From: Thermoplasmatota archaeon
GTDB taxonomy: Archaea; Thermoplasmatota; Penumbrarchaeia; Penumbrarchaeales; Penumbrarchaeaceae
Reading direction: 5' to 3'
DNA length: 64,000 bases
Assembly: GCA_049472215.1 (NCBI GenBank)
Contig: JBLIRH010000001.1
Span: forward strand, 43,308-107,307
Part shown: piece after piece, positions 1 through 10,474 of the stretch
Layout of the letters: each line of letters starts with the position of its first letter
Position numbering within the stretch: the first letter of the stretch is position 1
Made by a program: the position numbers and the translations under genes
The notes under the pieces: generated by a model
Seen by the model: only the letters and a program-made list of their open reading frames with translations
What the model was told of the DNA's origin: nothing
The model's database searches: none

Positions 1-879
1 TGGAATGTATGCTGTTGTCGCCGTTCCCCTCGAGCTTCAATTTGATGATCCCGAACCAGGGAAGCTCGCCCACGGACTTTCCGATTATCCATTCCTTCTT
101 GACCGGCTGTATCCAGGCCGGTTCGGACCCTCCGAACGACGAGGTCTGGTCTATGTCGTCGTTGTCATCACCCTTCGTGAGAAAGCCGCTGTGAGGTTCA
201 AGACCGTTCACCCTGAACTTGTAAAGGATGGTGGCAACGTTCACCTCTTTGTCCCCCCCTCCAGGCCTCCTGGGCCATTCGTAGTTCTCGATCGTGAACT
301 TCCCCATCACGTTCCGCAGGCCCAGGGAAGGCACGTCGTAGCCCCCTCCCAGTCCTGTCTCGTTGTTGTACGAACTGGAGTTGAACTGGATCCAGATCAC
401 GGCACGGTGTATTATGGCGGTCCTCGTGTCGTTGCCGTTGGGTCGGAAGATTATAACGTCCCCGTAGGAATTGTAGGAGCGGTATCCGGATTCAACACCC
501 TGGACGTAGGTTACGGGGAGTTCGTCCTCCCCCAGCTTCTTCACGAAAACGAGGTCGCCCGTGTCGATGACCCCGAGGGAAGAGGTCTCGTCCGAATGCT
601 GCATCGATCCTGACTGAACGACCACCAGAGGGGGCCAGTTCCCGGTGTAGGTATACAGAGCCCCGATGATGATCAGAAGAACTATGAGCGCTCCGATGAA
701 ATCGAAGATGAAGGATCTGGATTCCTTCCAGACCCTAATGCGCAGGGGTTCCTTTTCTTCCCCTATTACCTCAAGCTCCCTGCCCCTGGGTCCCCTGGAG
801 GTCCTCTCCGGACCCCTTTCAGGACCACCGCTCCTGAACCTGGGCCCAGGGCCTCTGTCATCTCGGGTGCTGGCCATTT
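1..879 (-). CDS. Signal peptidase I, archaeal/ER Sec11-type (partial, C-terminus runs off window start)
   Basis: Reverse-strand translation from ATG at 877-879: MASTRDDRGPG...IFDFIGALIVLLIIIGALYTYTGNWPPLVVVQSGSMQHSDE...GDLVFVKK...DVIIFRPNG...IIHRAVIW...TKGDDNDD. This gives a TM anchor followed by an SGSM(x) serine box, a GDxV box, an HR box and a GDDN box typical of Sec11/SPC18-type SPase I. Not in the ORF track because it runs off the window edge. Confidence 0.55.
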
Positions 880-997
880 TCTGCACCGGTCTCGGAGAGG
901 TGTAAGGCCACCGCTATAATAAGTTTTATGCGTGGTAGAAAGCACAGGTGAAGCGCGGCTGGATATGTTTTTATTCCTCCCGCCCCCTATACCGTCC

Positions 998-1936
998 ATG
1001 GATGCCCTCCTGGTCTGCGGGAACCTGAACATGGACACCATTCTTTCGGTCGATTATCTTCCAGAGGAAGGCCAGTCGACCCCGGCAAGGTCCATGAGGA
1101 AGGAGTACGGGGGATGCGGGGGCAATATATCCACAGCTGCCGCCAAACTCGGGGTTCCCGTGATACTTTCCTCGGTCGTCGGAAGTGACTTCGATCCGGG
1201 ATACAGAAAGGTCCTGGAAGAACTTGACATAGACCTCGACCACCTGGTTGTGGACCCGGAACTGCCATCCCCTTTCTGCATTGTACTTTCCGCTCCCGAC
1301 GGGAAACAGGCCTACGCCTTCATGGAAGGTGCGATGGCGGTCCAGAAGGACCTTGCTCCGCCCCTTCCCGTTAAAGACCCGCTCGGATATTGCCATATCG
1401 CCACATCCCACCCGGATTTCTCCATACGAACCGCCCTTGAAATGAAGGAGAACGGGGTTCCCGTAACGTTCGATCCGGGGCAGGAGATATATTTCCGGTG
1501 GAAGGGATCCGAGGTGAAGGAGGTTCTGCTGAACTGCGACCGGTTCATGGGTAACCTCGGGGAGTGGGAGTATCTGCTTGACATCCTCGAGATCCCCTGG
1601 GAGGAGAGAAGTATCGAGGACATTGTCTATCCCTGGTCCGAAAGGATCTTCGATCTGATCGATGAAGCGGTGGTGACGGCGGGCCCCAAGGGATCGATCC
1701 TGATCAGGGAGGGTAATGTCGCATACAGACCGACGGTCGATATTCCGGAACTTGTGGATGCTACCGGAGCCGGAGACGCTTTCAGGGGCGGCTTCTATGC
1801 GGCACTTTTAAGAGGGGTCGCCCCCGAGGAAGCGCTCATTTACGGTAATGCCATGGGGGCTCTTTCCGTAACGAGCAAGGGGCCGCAGGGGTACAAGGCC
1901 AGCTGGGAGAAGCTTCTGGATATGCTGAAAAAGTGA
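998..1936 (+). CDS. PfkB-family carbohydrate/nucleoside kinase (ribokinase-like)
   Basis: N-terminus MDALLVCGNLNMDTIL is a ribokinase-type start, and the C-terminal DATGAGDAFRGGF is the PfkB signature. The track ORF begins at GTG 932 with a 22-aa extension, so the start could be 932 if the mRNA is leaderless (TATA ctataataag sits about 20 bp upstream). Confidence 0.8.
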   Translation: MDALLVCGNLNMDTILSVDYLPEEGQSTPARSMRKEYGGCGGNISTAAAKLGVPVILSSVVGSDFDPGYRKVLEELDIDLDHLVVDPELPSPFCIVLSAPDGKQAYAFMEGAMAVQKDLAPPLPVKDPLGYCHIATSHPDFSIRTALEMKENGVPVTFDPGQEIYFRWKGSEVKEVLLNCDRFMGNLGEWEYLLDILEIPWEERSIEDIVYPWSERIFDLIDEAVVTAGPKGSILIREGNVAYRPTVDIPELVDATGAGDAFRGGFYAALLRGVAPEEALIYGNAMGALSVTSKGPQGYKASWEKLLDMLKK

Positions 1937-1990
1937 CCTTCTCTCACAGTTTATAAATACGACCTTTCTCAATGGTTTACGCGGGAGAGA

Positions 1991-4396
1991 ATGGGTATCC
2001 AACTGACAGATCGGTCATTTTCGATCTTGATCGTAATGCTGCTGTTTGCCCCGGTCTTGCTGACACACATGGATAGCGGCACCGCTTTTACAAGGAACGA
2101 TCCTCCTTCCGCGACAGGGGAGAACCTTACCGGTCTATGGGTGTACGAGGGAGTATCCAAGATGATCGCGGACCTGGACGATCATGAGCTGTTCACGGAC
2201 CCGGAGAATGATACCCTTTCCTATCTGGCCATTGTGGACCTCTCATCGACGACCTTCAAGGACAGGTCGGAGTTCCTTGTCGTCTGGAGTCGATCGACCA
2301 ATCAACTGTCAGTGATCCAAGACCAGACCACGAACGGAACGGGGAATGTTTCTGTCAGGCTCTACTGCACCGACAGGAGCGAGTTCAACTTGATGACGGA
2401 CCCCTACGTAGACTTCATCATAGAGGTCCGAAATGTCAACGATCTGCCTGCATGGACCGGATCAATGCCACCGGACCTTTTCGTGATGGAAGGCTCCAAC
2501 ACAACATTGCTGGACCCGAAGATCGATCAACTCTTCATAGACGATGAAGGGGACAGTTTAAGGTACATGGCGGTTGCCGATCTCTCATCACCGGAGTACA
2601 ACGACAGCGCCGGTTTCAGGATCAATTGGCTCCAGGCCATTCAGATGTTGGAGGTTGGATTGAACGAGAGCTCGGACTGGTTCGGGAAGGTGCCCGTAAG
2701 GATATTCTGCACCGACCAGATGGAGTTCGTTTTCGATCGGGATGCCTTCGTCGACATCGAGATCGAGGTCCGAAATGTGAACGATCCTCCGAGATGGACG
2801 GGTTATTACCCATGGTATAAGTGTGCCGAGGAGGGTCAACCGATATCCATGATAGATCCGGAGGTGGACAAACTGTTCTACGATCCGGATGGGGACACTC
2901 TTGATTACCTTCCCGTGGCTGATCTCTCATTCCCCGAGTATAACGAGAGTGCCGAGTTCAGGGTCAGGTGGGACAGACCCTCCCGATCCATCGAGGTGAA
3001 GCTGAACGAGAGTTCGGACTGGTTCGGAGCGGTCCCGGTCAGGTTGTATTGCACCGATCAAGGGGGTTTCAATTTCAACAGGGACCCCTTCGTAGACCTC
3101 CATATTACTGTTGCCAATGTAAACGATCCACCCGTCTGGAAGGATATCCCGACATTAAGGGTAATTGAGGATACCGAAATGGAGAACATACTCGACCTTT
3201 CCAAGTATGTTACCGATATTGATAACGATCTTGACGATCTTGATTTCATGATCGAGCGGAACAACAGTCAGCGGAACTTCAGCCTTTGGATCATTCGGGG
3301 TGATAATGACCAAAATTTGCTATCATTCCGCCCCCTGACGGAAAATTGGTACGGTTCTGCGACCATTAATATCACGGTTGATGATGGCAGGATCACCGTT
3401 CCTACCAGCTTTCAACTTGTCGTCGAACCTGTCAACGACCTTCCTTCGATCAGGATCACATCACCAAAGGAAGGGGAAGTGTTAGACGAAGATGTATTCA
3501 GCGTGATCGGCGAAGCTTTCGATAATGAAGGGATCGATCATGTGGAGGTCCTTTTTCAGGGTGAATGGGTCACGGCTGCTGGAAAGGAAAAATGGGGAGT
3601 TACGTTTTGGGCACCGATGATCACGGAAGTAATGAAAGATGTGCTTATAATCGCAAGGGTGTGGGATACGGGAGGCAGATTGGAATATGCTTACGTGAAC
3701 GTCACCTTGAAACCATACGTCCCTCCCCCTGTGGATACCGATGGTGACGGAGTTCCCGATGATGAGGATGATCTTCCGGATGATCCTGCAGCCTCCGTCG
3801 ATACCGATGGCGACGGGTATCCGGACAGATGGAATTCTGGCATGGGACCTGATAATTCCACGACAGGGCTCGTGCTGGACAAGTTTCCCAATGATCCGTT
3901 CGAGTGGATTGATACTGATGGGGACGGCTTTGGGGACAACGGAGATGCTTTTCCACAAGATGCTTTGGAATGGTCGGATACGGATGTTGACGGAGTAGGG
4001 GACAACAGTGATGTTTTCCCGAAGGATCCAGGTGAATCATCCGACACAGACGGTGACGGATTCGGGGACAACGAGGACGCCTTCCCGGACGATCCCGCTG
4101 CAAGCGTGGATAAGGACGGTGACGGTTATCCGGACAGATGGAATACTGGAATGTCCGAAAAGGACTCGACCACCGGTCTGAAACTGGACCATCATCCGGA
4201 TGATCCAATGAAGTGGAAGAAGGAGGATATCATAGAAAGAACTTCGACCCCCGTCCTTATCATGTTCATACTTGGACCTCCGATCCTCTTCGTATTGGTC
4301 GTGGCAGTACTTCTCTATCTACTGAGGAGTTCAAAGGGAGACGAGATCGTTCCGATCCCCGGGAACGAGGGAGAGCTTACAGGACCTGAGGAATAA
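1991..4396 (+). CDS. Giant cell-surface protein with cadherin-like repeats, thrombospondin type-3 (Ca-binding) repeats and a C-terminal TM anchor
   Basis: N-terminal signal peptide. About 3.5 tandem ~125-aa repeats (Dx[DE]GD[ST]L.Y..[VI]ADLS...SDWFG.VPVR[IL][FY]CTDQ..F.F.RD.FVD..I.V.NVNDPP.W). About 7 DTDGDG[FY][PG]D repeats of TSP3 type. C-terminal hydrophobic helix ILGPPILFVLVVAVLLYLL with a short cytoplasmic tail. Confidence 0.7.
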   Translation: MGIQLTDRSFSILIVMLLFAPVLLTHMDSGTAFTRNDPPSATGENLTGLWVYEGVSKMIADLDDHELFTDPENDTLSYLAIVDLSSTTFKDRSEFLVVWSRSTNQLSVIQDQTTNGTGNVSVRLYCTDRSEFNLMTDPYVDFIIEVRNVNDLPAWTGSMPPDLFVMEGSNTTLLDPKIDQLFIDDEGDSLRYMAVADLSSPEYNDSAGFRINWLQAIQMLEVGLNESSDWFGKVPVRIFCTDQMEFVFDRDAFVDIEIEVRNVNDPPRWTGYYPWYKCAEEGQPISMIDPEVDKLFYDPDGDTLDYLPVADLSFPEYNESAEFRVRWDRPSRSIEVKLNESSDWFGAVPVRLYCTDQGGFNFNRDPFVDLHITVANVNDPPVWKDIPTLRVIEDTEMENILDLSKYVTDIDNDLDDLDFMIERNNSQRNFSLWIIRGDNDQNLLSFRPLTENWYGSATINITVDDGRITVPTSFQLVVEPVNDLPSIRITSPKEGEVLDEDVFSVIGEAFDNEGIDHVEVLFQGEWVTAAGKEKWGVTFWAPMITEVMKDVLIIARVWDTGGRLEYAYVNVTLKPYVPPPVDTDGDGVPDDEDDLPDDPAASVDTDGDGYPDRWNSGMGPDNSTTGLVLDKFPNDPFEWIDTDGDGFGDNGDAFPQDALEWSDTDVDGVGDNSDVFPKDPGESSDTDGDGFGDNEDAFPDDPAASVDKDGDGYPDRWNTGMSEKDSTTGLKLDHHPDDPMKWKKEDIIERTSTPVLIMFILGPPILFVLVVAVLLYLLRSSKGDEIVPIPGNEGELTGPEE

Positions 4397-4442
4397 AAAG
4401 AAAGTCCCGCTCAGCTCGCCCATCATTCATCATGGTTCAGCC

Positions 4443-5351
4443 ATGTCTCTTGCATCACTGCGGGGTCGCAGTATCCGCATGTTTCTATTTAATGCCTCCA
4501 TAAACAGAGAACACCGCCTCGCAACTTATCGCTATGTAGATTATGTATCGAAAAGTATTATATCCGAACAACTTTTAGGCCGGAACGTGAACCGGGTACT
4601 GGATCATATTCGAGATCGTCTGGAGGACGGCCCCCTCCATGTTACTTTGATAGACCCGGATAAACAGGAACCCGAAAAAGCGTCGGAGATGGTCCGGGAG
4701 GCCGGGTCCGGAGGCACTCACATCATACTCGTAGGGGGGACGATGGGGGTCGACCATCCAAAGCTCGAGGGAACCCTGGCGGCGGTCACGAAGGTCACGG
4801 ACCTGCCGGTCGTGTTGTTCCCCGCTTCCGCCGATGTCATATCCGGGAACGCGGATGCCATTCTTTTCATGTCATTGATGAACTCCCGGAACGTTAATTA
4901 CGTGATCAGGGAGGCTGCCAGGGCTTCCTCGAAGATCTCCGAGATGGGATTGGAGACCCTTTCCGTCGGATATATCGTGGTCTCCCCGGGCGCCCTAGTC
5001 GGAGAGGTCGGTGATGTGGACCTGATCTCCAGGGACGACACATCAGCGGCAGTCAGCTATGCCATGGCCGCTCAGATGTTCGGTATGGATTTCGTCTATC
5101 TCGAGGGCGGCTCCGGAGTGGAGGAACCCATTCCAGACAGGATCATAGAGAGCGTTCGCTCCGCGGTGGACATACCTGTTATCGTTGGCGGGGGCATCAG
5201 GACTCCCGAAACGGCGCGGAAGGTCATTCTCTCGGGGGCGGACATCATCGTTACCGGAACGCTCATAGAGAGCGAAGAGGACACCACTTCTTCACTCAAG
5301 AAGATGATCTCTTCCATGGAGGAAGGGTGGAGGGAGAGGAAGTGGGGATAA
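4443..5351 (+). CDS. Geranylgeranylglyceryl phosphate synthase (GGGPS/PcrB family)
   Basis: LHVTLIDPDK...THIILVGGT...DFVYLEGGSG...IPVIVGGGIRTPE...ADIIVTGT are PcrB/GGGPS motifs. The annotated start is probably an N-terminal over-extension; the true start is likely near 4570-4600. Confidence 0.75.
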   Translation: MSLASLRGRSIRMFLFNASINREHRLATYRYVDYVSKSIISEQLLGRNVNRVLDHIRDRLEDGPLHVTLIDPDKQEPEKASEMVREAGSGGTHIILVGGTMGVDHPKLEGTLAAVTKVTDLPVVLFPASADVISGNADAILFMSLMNSRNVNYVIREAARASSKISEMGLETLSVGYIVVSPGALVGEVGDVDLISRDDTSAAVSYAMAAQMFGMDFVYLEGGSGVEEPIPDRIIESVRSAVDIPVIVGGGIRTPETARKVILSGADIIVTGTLIESEEDTTSSLKKMISSMEEGWRERKWG

Positions 5352-5863
5352 CCTCCTCTTATATCATCAAGACCCCGCTCGGTCTTCTGAGAGCAGTATT
5401 TTCGGAAAAAGGTCTCAAATCGCTTTCCCTTGTCCCGCAAGAGCAGGGTTCTGATTTCTCCGGTCTCTACGATAACGAGGGAGGCGAGCGGCTTGCCGCT
5501 CTCAAGACATACATCAACGATCACTTCTACGGAAGGGACCCCGGAAGGAGAGATATTGAACTCGATATGGAGGGTGTTTCCCCCTTCAGAGAACGTGTTT
5601 ACAAAGCACTGATGGAGGTCCCGTTCGGGGAAGTCGTAACATACGGCGAGCTTGCGGATAGAGCGGGGTGCCCCGGGGGGGCGAGGGCTGTGGGAAACGC
5701 TATGAACTCGAACCCGTACCTTCTGATAGTCCCCTGCCATAGAGTGGTGGCTTCGGGTTCCGGTAGGGGTAAATCAGGTCTCGGAGGTTTCGGAGCCGGC
5801 CTGGACGCAAAACGTTTCCTCCTCCGGCTCGAAGGTCATCAGGATGACATTAATGGCCTCTAA
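5327..5863 (+). CDS. ogt: Methylated-DNA-protein-cysteine S-methyltransferase (Ogt/MGMT)
   Basis: C-terminal VTYGELA...NPYLLIVPCHRVV contains the PCHRV active-site motif. Confidence 0.8.
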   Translation: MEGEEVGITSSYIIKTPLGLLRAVFSEKGLKSLSLVPQEQGSDFSGLYDNEGGERLAALKTYINDHFYGRDPGRRDIELDMEGVSPFRERVYKALMEVPFGEVVTYGELADRAGCPGGARAVGNAMNSNPYLLIVPCHRVVASGSGRGKSGLGGFGAGLDAKRFLLRLEGHQDDINGL

Positions 5864-5904
5864 ATGCAAATGAGGACCATATGTTTTTATATACACTAAC
5901 AATT

Positions 5905-5937
5905 TTAGGGTTGCCGAAAGAAATCAATTAACCCTAA
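5905..5937. promoter_or_regulatory. Perfect 8-bp inverted repeat TTAGGGTT-N17-AACCCTAA between the TATA box and the feoA start; candidate metallo-regulator operator
   Basis: Read directly: TATA-like tttttatatac at 5884-5894; inverted-repeat arms at 5905-5912 and 5930-5937; ATG at 5948. The repeat straddles the expected transcription start. Confidence 0.4.
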
Positions 5938-5947
5938 CGGTGTAGCC

Positions 5948-6190
5948 ATGAACCCGATATATCTTCCCAAGACCAGACGCCCCCTCTCCCATGCGAAGGA
6001 GGGAGAGAAGGTTACCGTGAGGGAGGTCAACGGAGGCAGGGGGGTCAACAAGAGGCTTTCCGAGCTCGGCATCGGTGTTGGCTCCACCATGACCGTCGTC
6101 CAGAACGGCGGCGGTCCGGTGATAGTTTGCTACGGGGACTGCAGGATGGCCCTCGGCCACGGAGTTTCCATGAAGATACTGGTTGAGTGA
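5948..6190 (+). CDS. feoA: FeoA-family small protein (ferrous iron transport protein A-like), orphan (no feoB in window)
   Basis: 80 aa with an SH3-like FeoA pattern ...GEKVTVREV.GG.G...RLSELGIGVGSTMTVV. Confidence 0.7.
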   Translation: MNPIYLPKTRRPLSHAKEGEKVTVREVNGGRGVNKRLSELGIGVGSTMTVVQNGGGPVIVCYGDCRMALGHGVSMKILVE

Positions 6191-6270
6191 CGACGGATTT
6201 TAATAATGTCACCTTTCTCAGATATTTGTTAATAATAACCAGCCCTTTCTAGTTAGAGGAGCGGAGAGAT

Positions 6271-7368
6271 TTGAGAGAGGAAATCGTACCCTTTCTCTGT
6301 TTAATACTGACATTATATGGGGCTATCGCCGGATGCATCGAAACCCCCGATAAAGTCGATGATACGGATATTCAGAGGACATTCGACCTGAGGAACCACA
6401 CGATCCATGATGTGACAGAGGGCATAATCGTTCCTATTTCAGATGAGAACCTTCAGCTATTAAAGGTCGACTTGGAGATCCGGCCTTCTTTTTGGACATG
6501 CATGGTCTTCAATTACGATTTTCACATAAATTCAAGTTATTTCATTTATAATCCCTCATCCAAAAATGCGAGATCGAGATTGGGATTTCCATGCACATCC
6601 CATGTTCTATCGGGCGATCACTACGAGGAAGAGGACATCCAGGTGACCATCGATGGAAGCGGGATCGATCACTCATGGGCCTATAACGATGATATCTACT
6701 ACCATCCCTCTTTATTGAAAGATAAGAATTCCTCAGAAGAGGTCCGCGGAAGGAACGAACTCATGGGATTCGATGAGAGGATCTCCGAATTCATTCCGAT
6801 TTTCGACATATCCCCGGTCCTCCATAATGAAGGCGTGGAATTTCTGGCCTATTTCAATATTGAGGTCGAGGGAAAGTCGACGGTCCGTATCGACATCGAT
6901 CTTACACATTTCAGCGGTTTCGCCTGCACTGGCGATTGTGACCATTCAAATGGACATCTGAAGTTGGATTTGGACCACTCGGGTCACTGGGATGCACCCC
7001 CGATGTTCGATATAACGATAATGAACAATTCTCAACCGAAGATCACGACTTCGTTGAACGTCACATATGATAGCTCTGTCTATCGTCTCCATGGAAATGA
7101 TACCTCCCTTCCGTTGGATATTCGGATCAGTCCAAGGATCCAAACAGCTGAAGGCTATGTATTTGACGAGTGGGGAGCCCCCCTTCCGGGAGTTGATATC
7201 ATAAGTGATGAGACCGGATCGAGGACAATATCCAATGTGACCGGGTACTTCCGTATCGAGCTCGGGTATTTCTCATCGGAACGAATAACATTTTCCAAAG
7301 TAGGATACGAAGCAATTACACTTAGCTTCATCGATTTCGAGGGAGAGGTCTTCCTAAAGAAAAAATAG
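6271..7368 (+). CDS. Secreted lipoprotein with C-terminal carboxypeptidase-regulatory-like beta-sandwich domain
   Basis: Signal peptide with lipobox-like ...LYGAIAGC. The C-terminus GYVFDEWGAPLPGVDIISDETG...TGYFRIELG...SKVGYEAITLSF resembles the CarboxypepD_reg fold. Confidence 0.5.
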   Translation: MREEIVPFLCLILTLYGAIAGCIETPDKVDDTDIQRTFDLRNHTIHDVTEGIIVPISDENLQLLKVDLEIRPSFWTCMVFNYDFHINSSYFIYNPSSKNARSRLGFPCTSHVLSGDHYEEEDIQVTIDGSGIDHSWAYNDDIYYHPSLLKDKNSSEEVRGRNELMGFDERISEFIPIFDISPVLHNEGVEFLAYFNIEVEGKSTVRIDIDLTHFSGFACTGDCDHSNGHLKLDLDHSGHWDAPPMFDITIMNNSQPKITTSLNVTYDSSVYRLHGNDTSLPLDIRISPRIQTAEGYVFDEWGAPLPGVDIISDETGSRTISNVTGYFRIELGYFSSERITFSKVGYEAITLSFIDFEGEVFLKKK

Positions 7369-7369
7369 C

Positions 7370-7397
7370 GGGGGGACGCCGCGCAGGACCTCCCCCC
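7370..7397. terminator. GC hairpin (GGGGGGA...TCCCCCC) between convergent genes
   Basis: 7-bp G/C stem read directly in the 60-bp gap between the + strand lipoprotein gene (ends 7368) and the - strand permease gene (ends 7430). Confidence 0.35.
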
Positions 7398-7429
7398 TAG
7401 GCAGGTGATGTTGATCGGATTTCCCTACC

Positions 7430-10400
7430 TCATTCATACCTCAGGGCCTCGGCAGGGGTGACGCTCGCCGCCCTCAGACTGGGGAGGATGGTGAAGAGTA
7501 CTGTCGCGCCGAAGGCGACCAGCGCCACGAAACCTACCCTTGCCCAGGGTATCATGAAATCGTATTCCAGCGGTTTGAAGGCATCGTACCAGAGGGTGAA
7601 ACCGATGCCAATCCCGAGGGCGGTTCCCAGCAATATTCCCACGAAGGAGATGAAACCCGCTTCGGTCAGGAACGAGGAGGTGACCCCCCTCTTGATGAAG
7701 CCTATCGCCCTCATCATGCCGATCTCCTGCCTCCTCTCGTGCACCGCTCTCAGAGTGATGATGCCCAGACCGGCGATACCGACGATCAGGCCCAGTCCCA
7801 TGAACGCCATGAAAAGGTCGAAGAACTGGTTCATGGACCTCGTGAAGCCCTCGATCTCGGTCTTGAGGACTATCATGTTGATCCCCAGCTCCTTCTCCAT
7901 GACCTTTGCCAGCCCGTCGGCGTCCTGCCCGTCCCCGAGAACGAACAGGAACGAGGTCGCATTCTCGATCCCGAGCTCATCTCTGGTGAACTCGCTGCTG
8001 ATGAAGATCCCCGGCATGATGAACTCGTCAAGTATGCCGGCAACCGTCTTGTTCACAACCCTCCCGTCCGCCAGTCTCAGTTCGATCTGCCCCCCTACCT
8101 TGATATCGGAACCCATGAAGGGCGTCGGAGGGCCCATGTTCTGCACGCCGCTGAAGGAATTATCGAGAACGACAAGGTCGCTGTCCTCGGTCACTGCCTT
8201 CCAGACCTCTTCCCCGCTCCCGTACCCCTCCATGTATTCCGTGAACGTCCAACCGCAGCTGTGGAAATTATCCTCCACACCAATGACGAACCATGGGATG
8301 AACAGATCGTCCCCCTCGGTATAACTCGACCTCACGGTCGTGTTCACCTCGGCATATCCGAGGCTCAAGGAGTAGATGTCCTCGAACGGTTCCGTCCCGA
8401 TGGTCGAGTTGTTCTCGAGCTCCAGGTAGATATCCTCGATGGGATTGTTCGGGTTCGATTCGCCGATAAGATCTATGTTGCCAACCTGCTCGGAGGTCAT
8501 CTGTTCGATGTTGTGGGAGATAACTCCCACGATCATGGACATGACCGTTATGGTGAAAATCACCAGGGCGAACATGTAGATCGTCATGCCGGTCCTGAAC
8601 CTGTTCTTCATGGGGTACGAGGAAGCTGTCTTCAAGGAAGCTGTGGGCCTTCCCGTCAGGCTCCAGGCCTTCGTGATCAGACCCAGTATATCATTGGAAT
8701 TATAGAGGAAAAGGATGACCGCGCCCGACACCGTGAAGACACCGGAGAGGAAGAAAACCTCCATGTCGCCTTCATGAAGTCCCGGGAGTATCATGTCGTT
8801 GGGAACTATCCAGTAGACAACAAGCAGAGCTGTTGCCACCGACATGGCGATCCTCTCGCCTATGAACCTTCTCAATACAAGTCCCGATCCGAGTATCGCT
8901 ATGGAGATCCCCAGATGGACGGAAGCTTCCTGGATCCTTTCAAGCCCCAATTCCGGGAATGAAGTGTAGGCCGTAATAAAAAGGACTACACCTGCTATCG
9001 TTGAAACGATCCCCATCACCAGCACTCTCAAGCTCTTGTTGTGCGTCCTGGGCTCAGGAATGTTCCTTATGGCCCTGATGATGTTGAGCTTTGAGATCCT
9101 TTTGGCCGATAAAGAGACCGTGAGGATCGTTATGAGCATGCCGAAGGTGAAGGCGGTCACGACGCTCTGCATGCTGAAGGTGAAGCTGTCAATGATCCCG
9201 GTCGTACCGAAACCATTCTGGAATATCATGTCCAGGAAGACAAGCACCAGATAAGCGACGCCGACCCCCAGGGCTGCTCCCAGTGCAGAGGATATCACCG
9301 CATAGATCGAGCCCTCGTAGACAAATCCCTCCCTGAGATGCTTCCTCCTCATACCGACTGCCCTGGAGATGCCCATCTCGCTTTTCCTCTCCTCACCGAG
9401 CATGACGAAGATGTTTATTATGAGGATGATCCCGGCCAGGATCGAGAAGGAACCGAAGATCAAAAACATCTGGCTGAACTCCGAGATCTCCTCCTTGCCC
9501 TGCTCGACATCCCCGTGTTTCGTTCTCTGAAGTTCGAGGTCGCCGAAAACCACCTCTGAAAGGATGACCTCTATATCCGCCCCGACCTGGTCGCAGTATC
9601 TCTCACCGCTCCTTACCCCTCCATCATTGGTCACCTTGACGATATTGACGGAGTCCCCGGCTCCTAGGACCTCCTGGGCCCTATGAAGCGGTATGAACAC
9701 GGCCCTTTCCATTCCCCAACCTGCCCTTGCATCACCATCGATGATCGTGCTGATCCTGAAGACCACCGGTCCGTTCCTGGTCTGAATGCTGACCATGTCT
9801 CCCTTGTGTGCATCAAGGACCTTTGCCGATCCCTTGTCGATGTAGAGCTCGTTATCCGGTAACTCGAGGGGGACCCTGAGGCCGTTCCTCTCGAAGCTGC
9901 CGAACTCCTTTGATCCCGCATCATACCCAATAAGAGTGAAATCCGCTTCGGCCTGGCCGGAGTTCAGGTCGATGATGCTCACCTTTTCCTGGATCTCTCC
10001 GGTCACAGCCTCCACATTATCGATCGACAGCAGCCTCTCCTGAAGGAGAAGCAGGTCGGTGGAGTTGACATAGGTGAAGGAGCCGTCAGGTTCGGTCCCG
10101 TAGATCACCTCGTCGACCTCTCCGTATATGTCATAGTGATAGCCGACTATCATCTCATCCATGGTGTCGCCGACGACCAGGGAGCTCGAGATTATCACGG
10201 TCCCAACCATCAGGCCGCCGATAACGATGGCGGACAGCCCCTTCCTACGAACGATGTTCCTTGCGCTGATCTTGAAAAGGACAAGGTTCCTGGCGGCGAA
10301 GAGCGAAATGGTAAGGAGTGCGATCCCGACGATCCCGAGGTAGAACCAGACCGGCGGTGAGAAGGCCACCGCTCCGATGAAAGCGACCACCAGGAGGACC

Positions 10401-10474
10401 ATCAGTACGGGTGTTATCATTTCCGGCTCCCTGAATTTCATTTTCGGCCCCCCTTCATGCAGCAGCGAGTTCAC
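7430..10474 (-). CDS. ABC transporter permease, MacB/FtsX-like with duplicated FtsX modules and large extracytoplasmic domains
   Basis: 1014 aa with two copies of the TM-large loop-3TM FtsX architecture. Last gene of a four-gene ABC operon on the minus strand. Confidence 0.75.
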   Translation of the reverse strand: MNSLLHEGGPKMKFREPEMITPVLMVLLVVAFIGAVAFSPPVWFYLGIVGIALLTISLFAARNLVLFKISARNIVRRKGLSAIVIGGLMVGTVIISSSLVVGDTMDEMIVGYHYDIYGEVDEVIYGTEPDGSFTYVNSTDLLLLQERLLSIDNVEAVTGEIQEKVSIIDLNSGQAEADFTLIGYDAGSKEFGSFERNGLRVPLELPDNELYIDKGSAKVLDAHKGDMVSIQTRNGPVVFRISTIIDGDARAGWGMERAVFIPLHRAQEVLGAGDSVNIVKVTNDGGVRSGERYCDQVGADIEVILSEVVFGDLELQRTKHGDVEQGKEEISEFSQMFLIFGSFSILAGIILIINIFVMLGEERKSEMGISRAVGMRRKHLREGFVYEGSIYAVISSALGAALGVGVAYLVLVFLDMIFQNGFGTTGIIDSFTFSMQSVVTAFTFGMLITILTVSLSAKRISKLNIIRAIRNIPEPRTHNKSLRVLVMGIVSTIAGVVLFITAYTSFPELGLERIQEASVHLGISIAILGSGLVLRRFIGERIAMSVATALLVVYWIVPNDMILPGLHEGDMEVFFLSGVFTVSGAVILFLYNSNDILGLITKAWSLTGRPTASLKTASSYPMKNRFRTGMTIYMFALVIFTITVMSMIVGVISHNIEQMTSEQVGNIDLIGESNPNNPIEDIYLELENNSTIGTEPFEDIYSLSLGYAEVNTTVRSSYTEGDDLFIPWFVIGVEDNFHSCGWTFTEYMEGYGSGEEVWKAVTEDSDLVVLDNSFSGVQNMGPPTPFMGSDIKVGGQIELRLADGRVVNKTVAGILDEFIMPGIFISSEFTRDELGIENATSFLFVLGDGQDADGLAKVMEKELGINMIVLKTEIEGFTRSMNQFFDLFMAFMGLGLIVGIAGLGIITLRAVHERRQEIGMMRAIGFIKRGVTSSFLTEAGFISFVGILLGTALGIGIGFTLWYDAFKPLEYDFMIPWARVGFVALVAFGATVLFTILPSLRAASVTPAEALRYE

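Noticed and set aside
5096-5740. 214-aa minus ORF
   Set aside because: Antisense across the GGGPS/ogt junction. No motif.
7458-8962. Long + strand ORFs (288 and 407 aa) inside the permease gene region
   Set aside because: Antisense to the well-supported FtsX/MacB permease gene. Low-complexity Ser/Pro/His-rich translations typical of GC-rich antisense frames.
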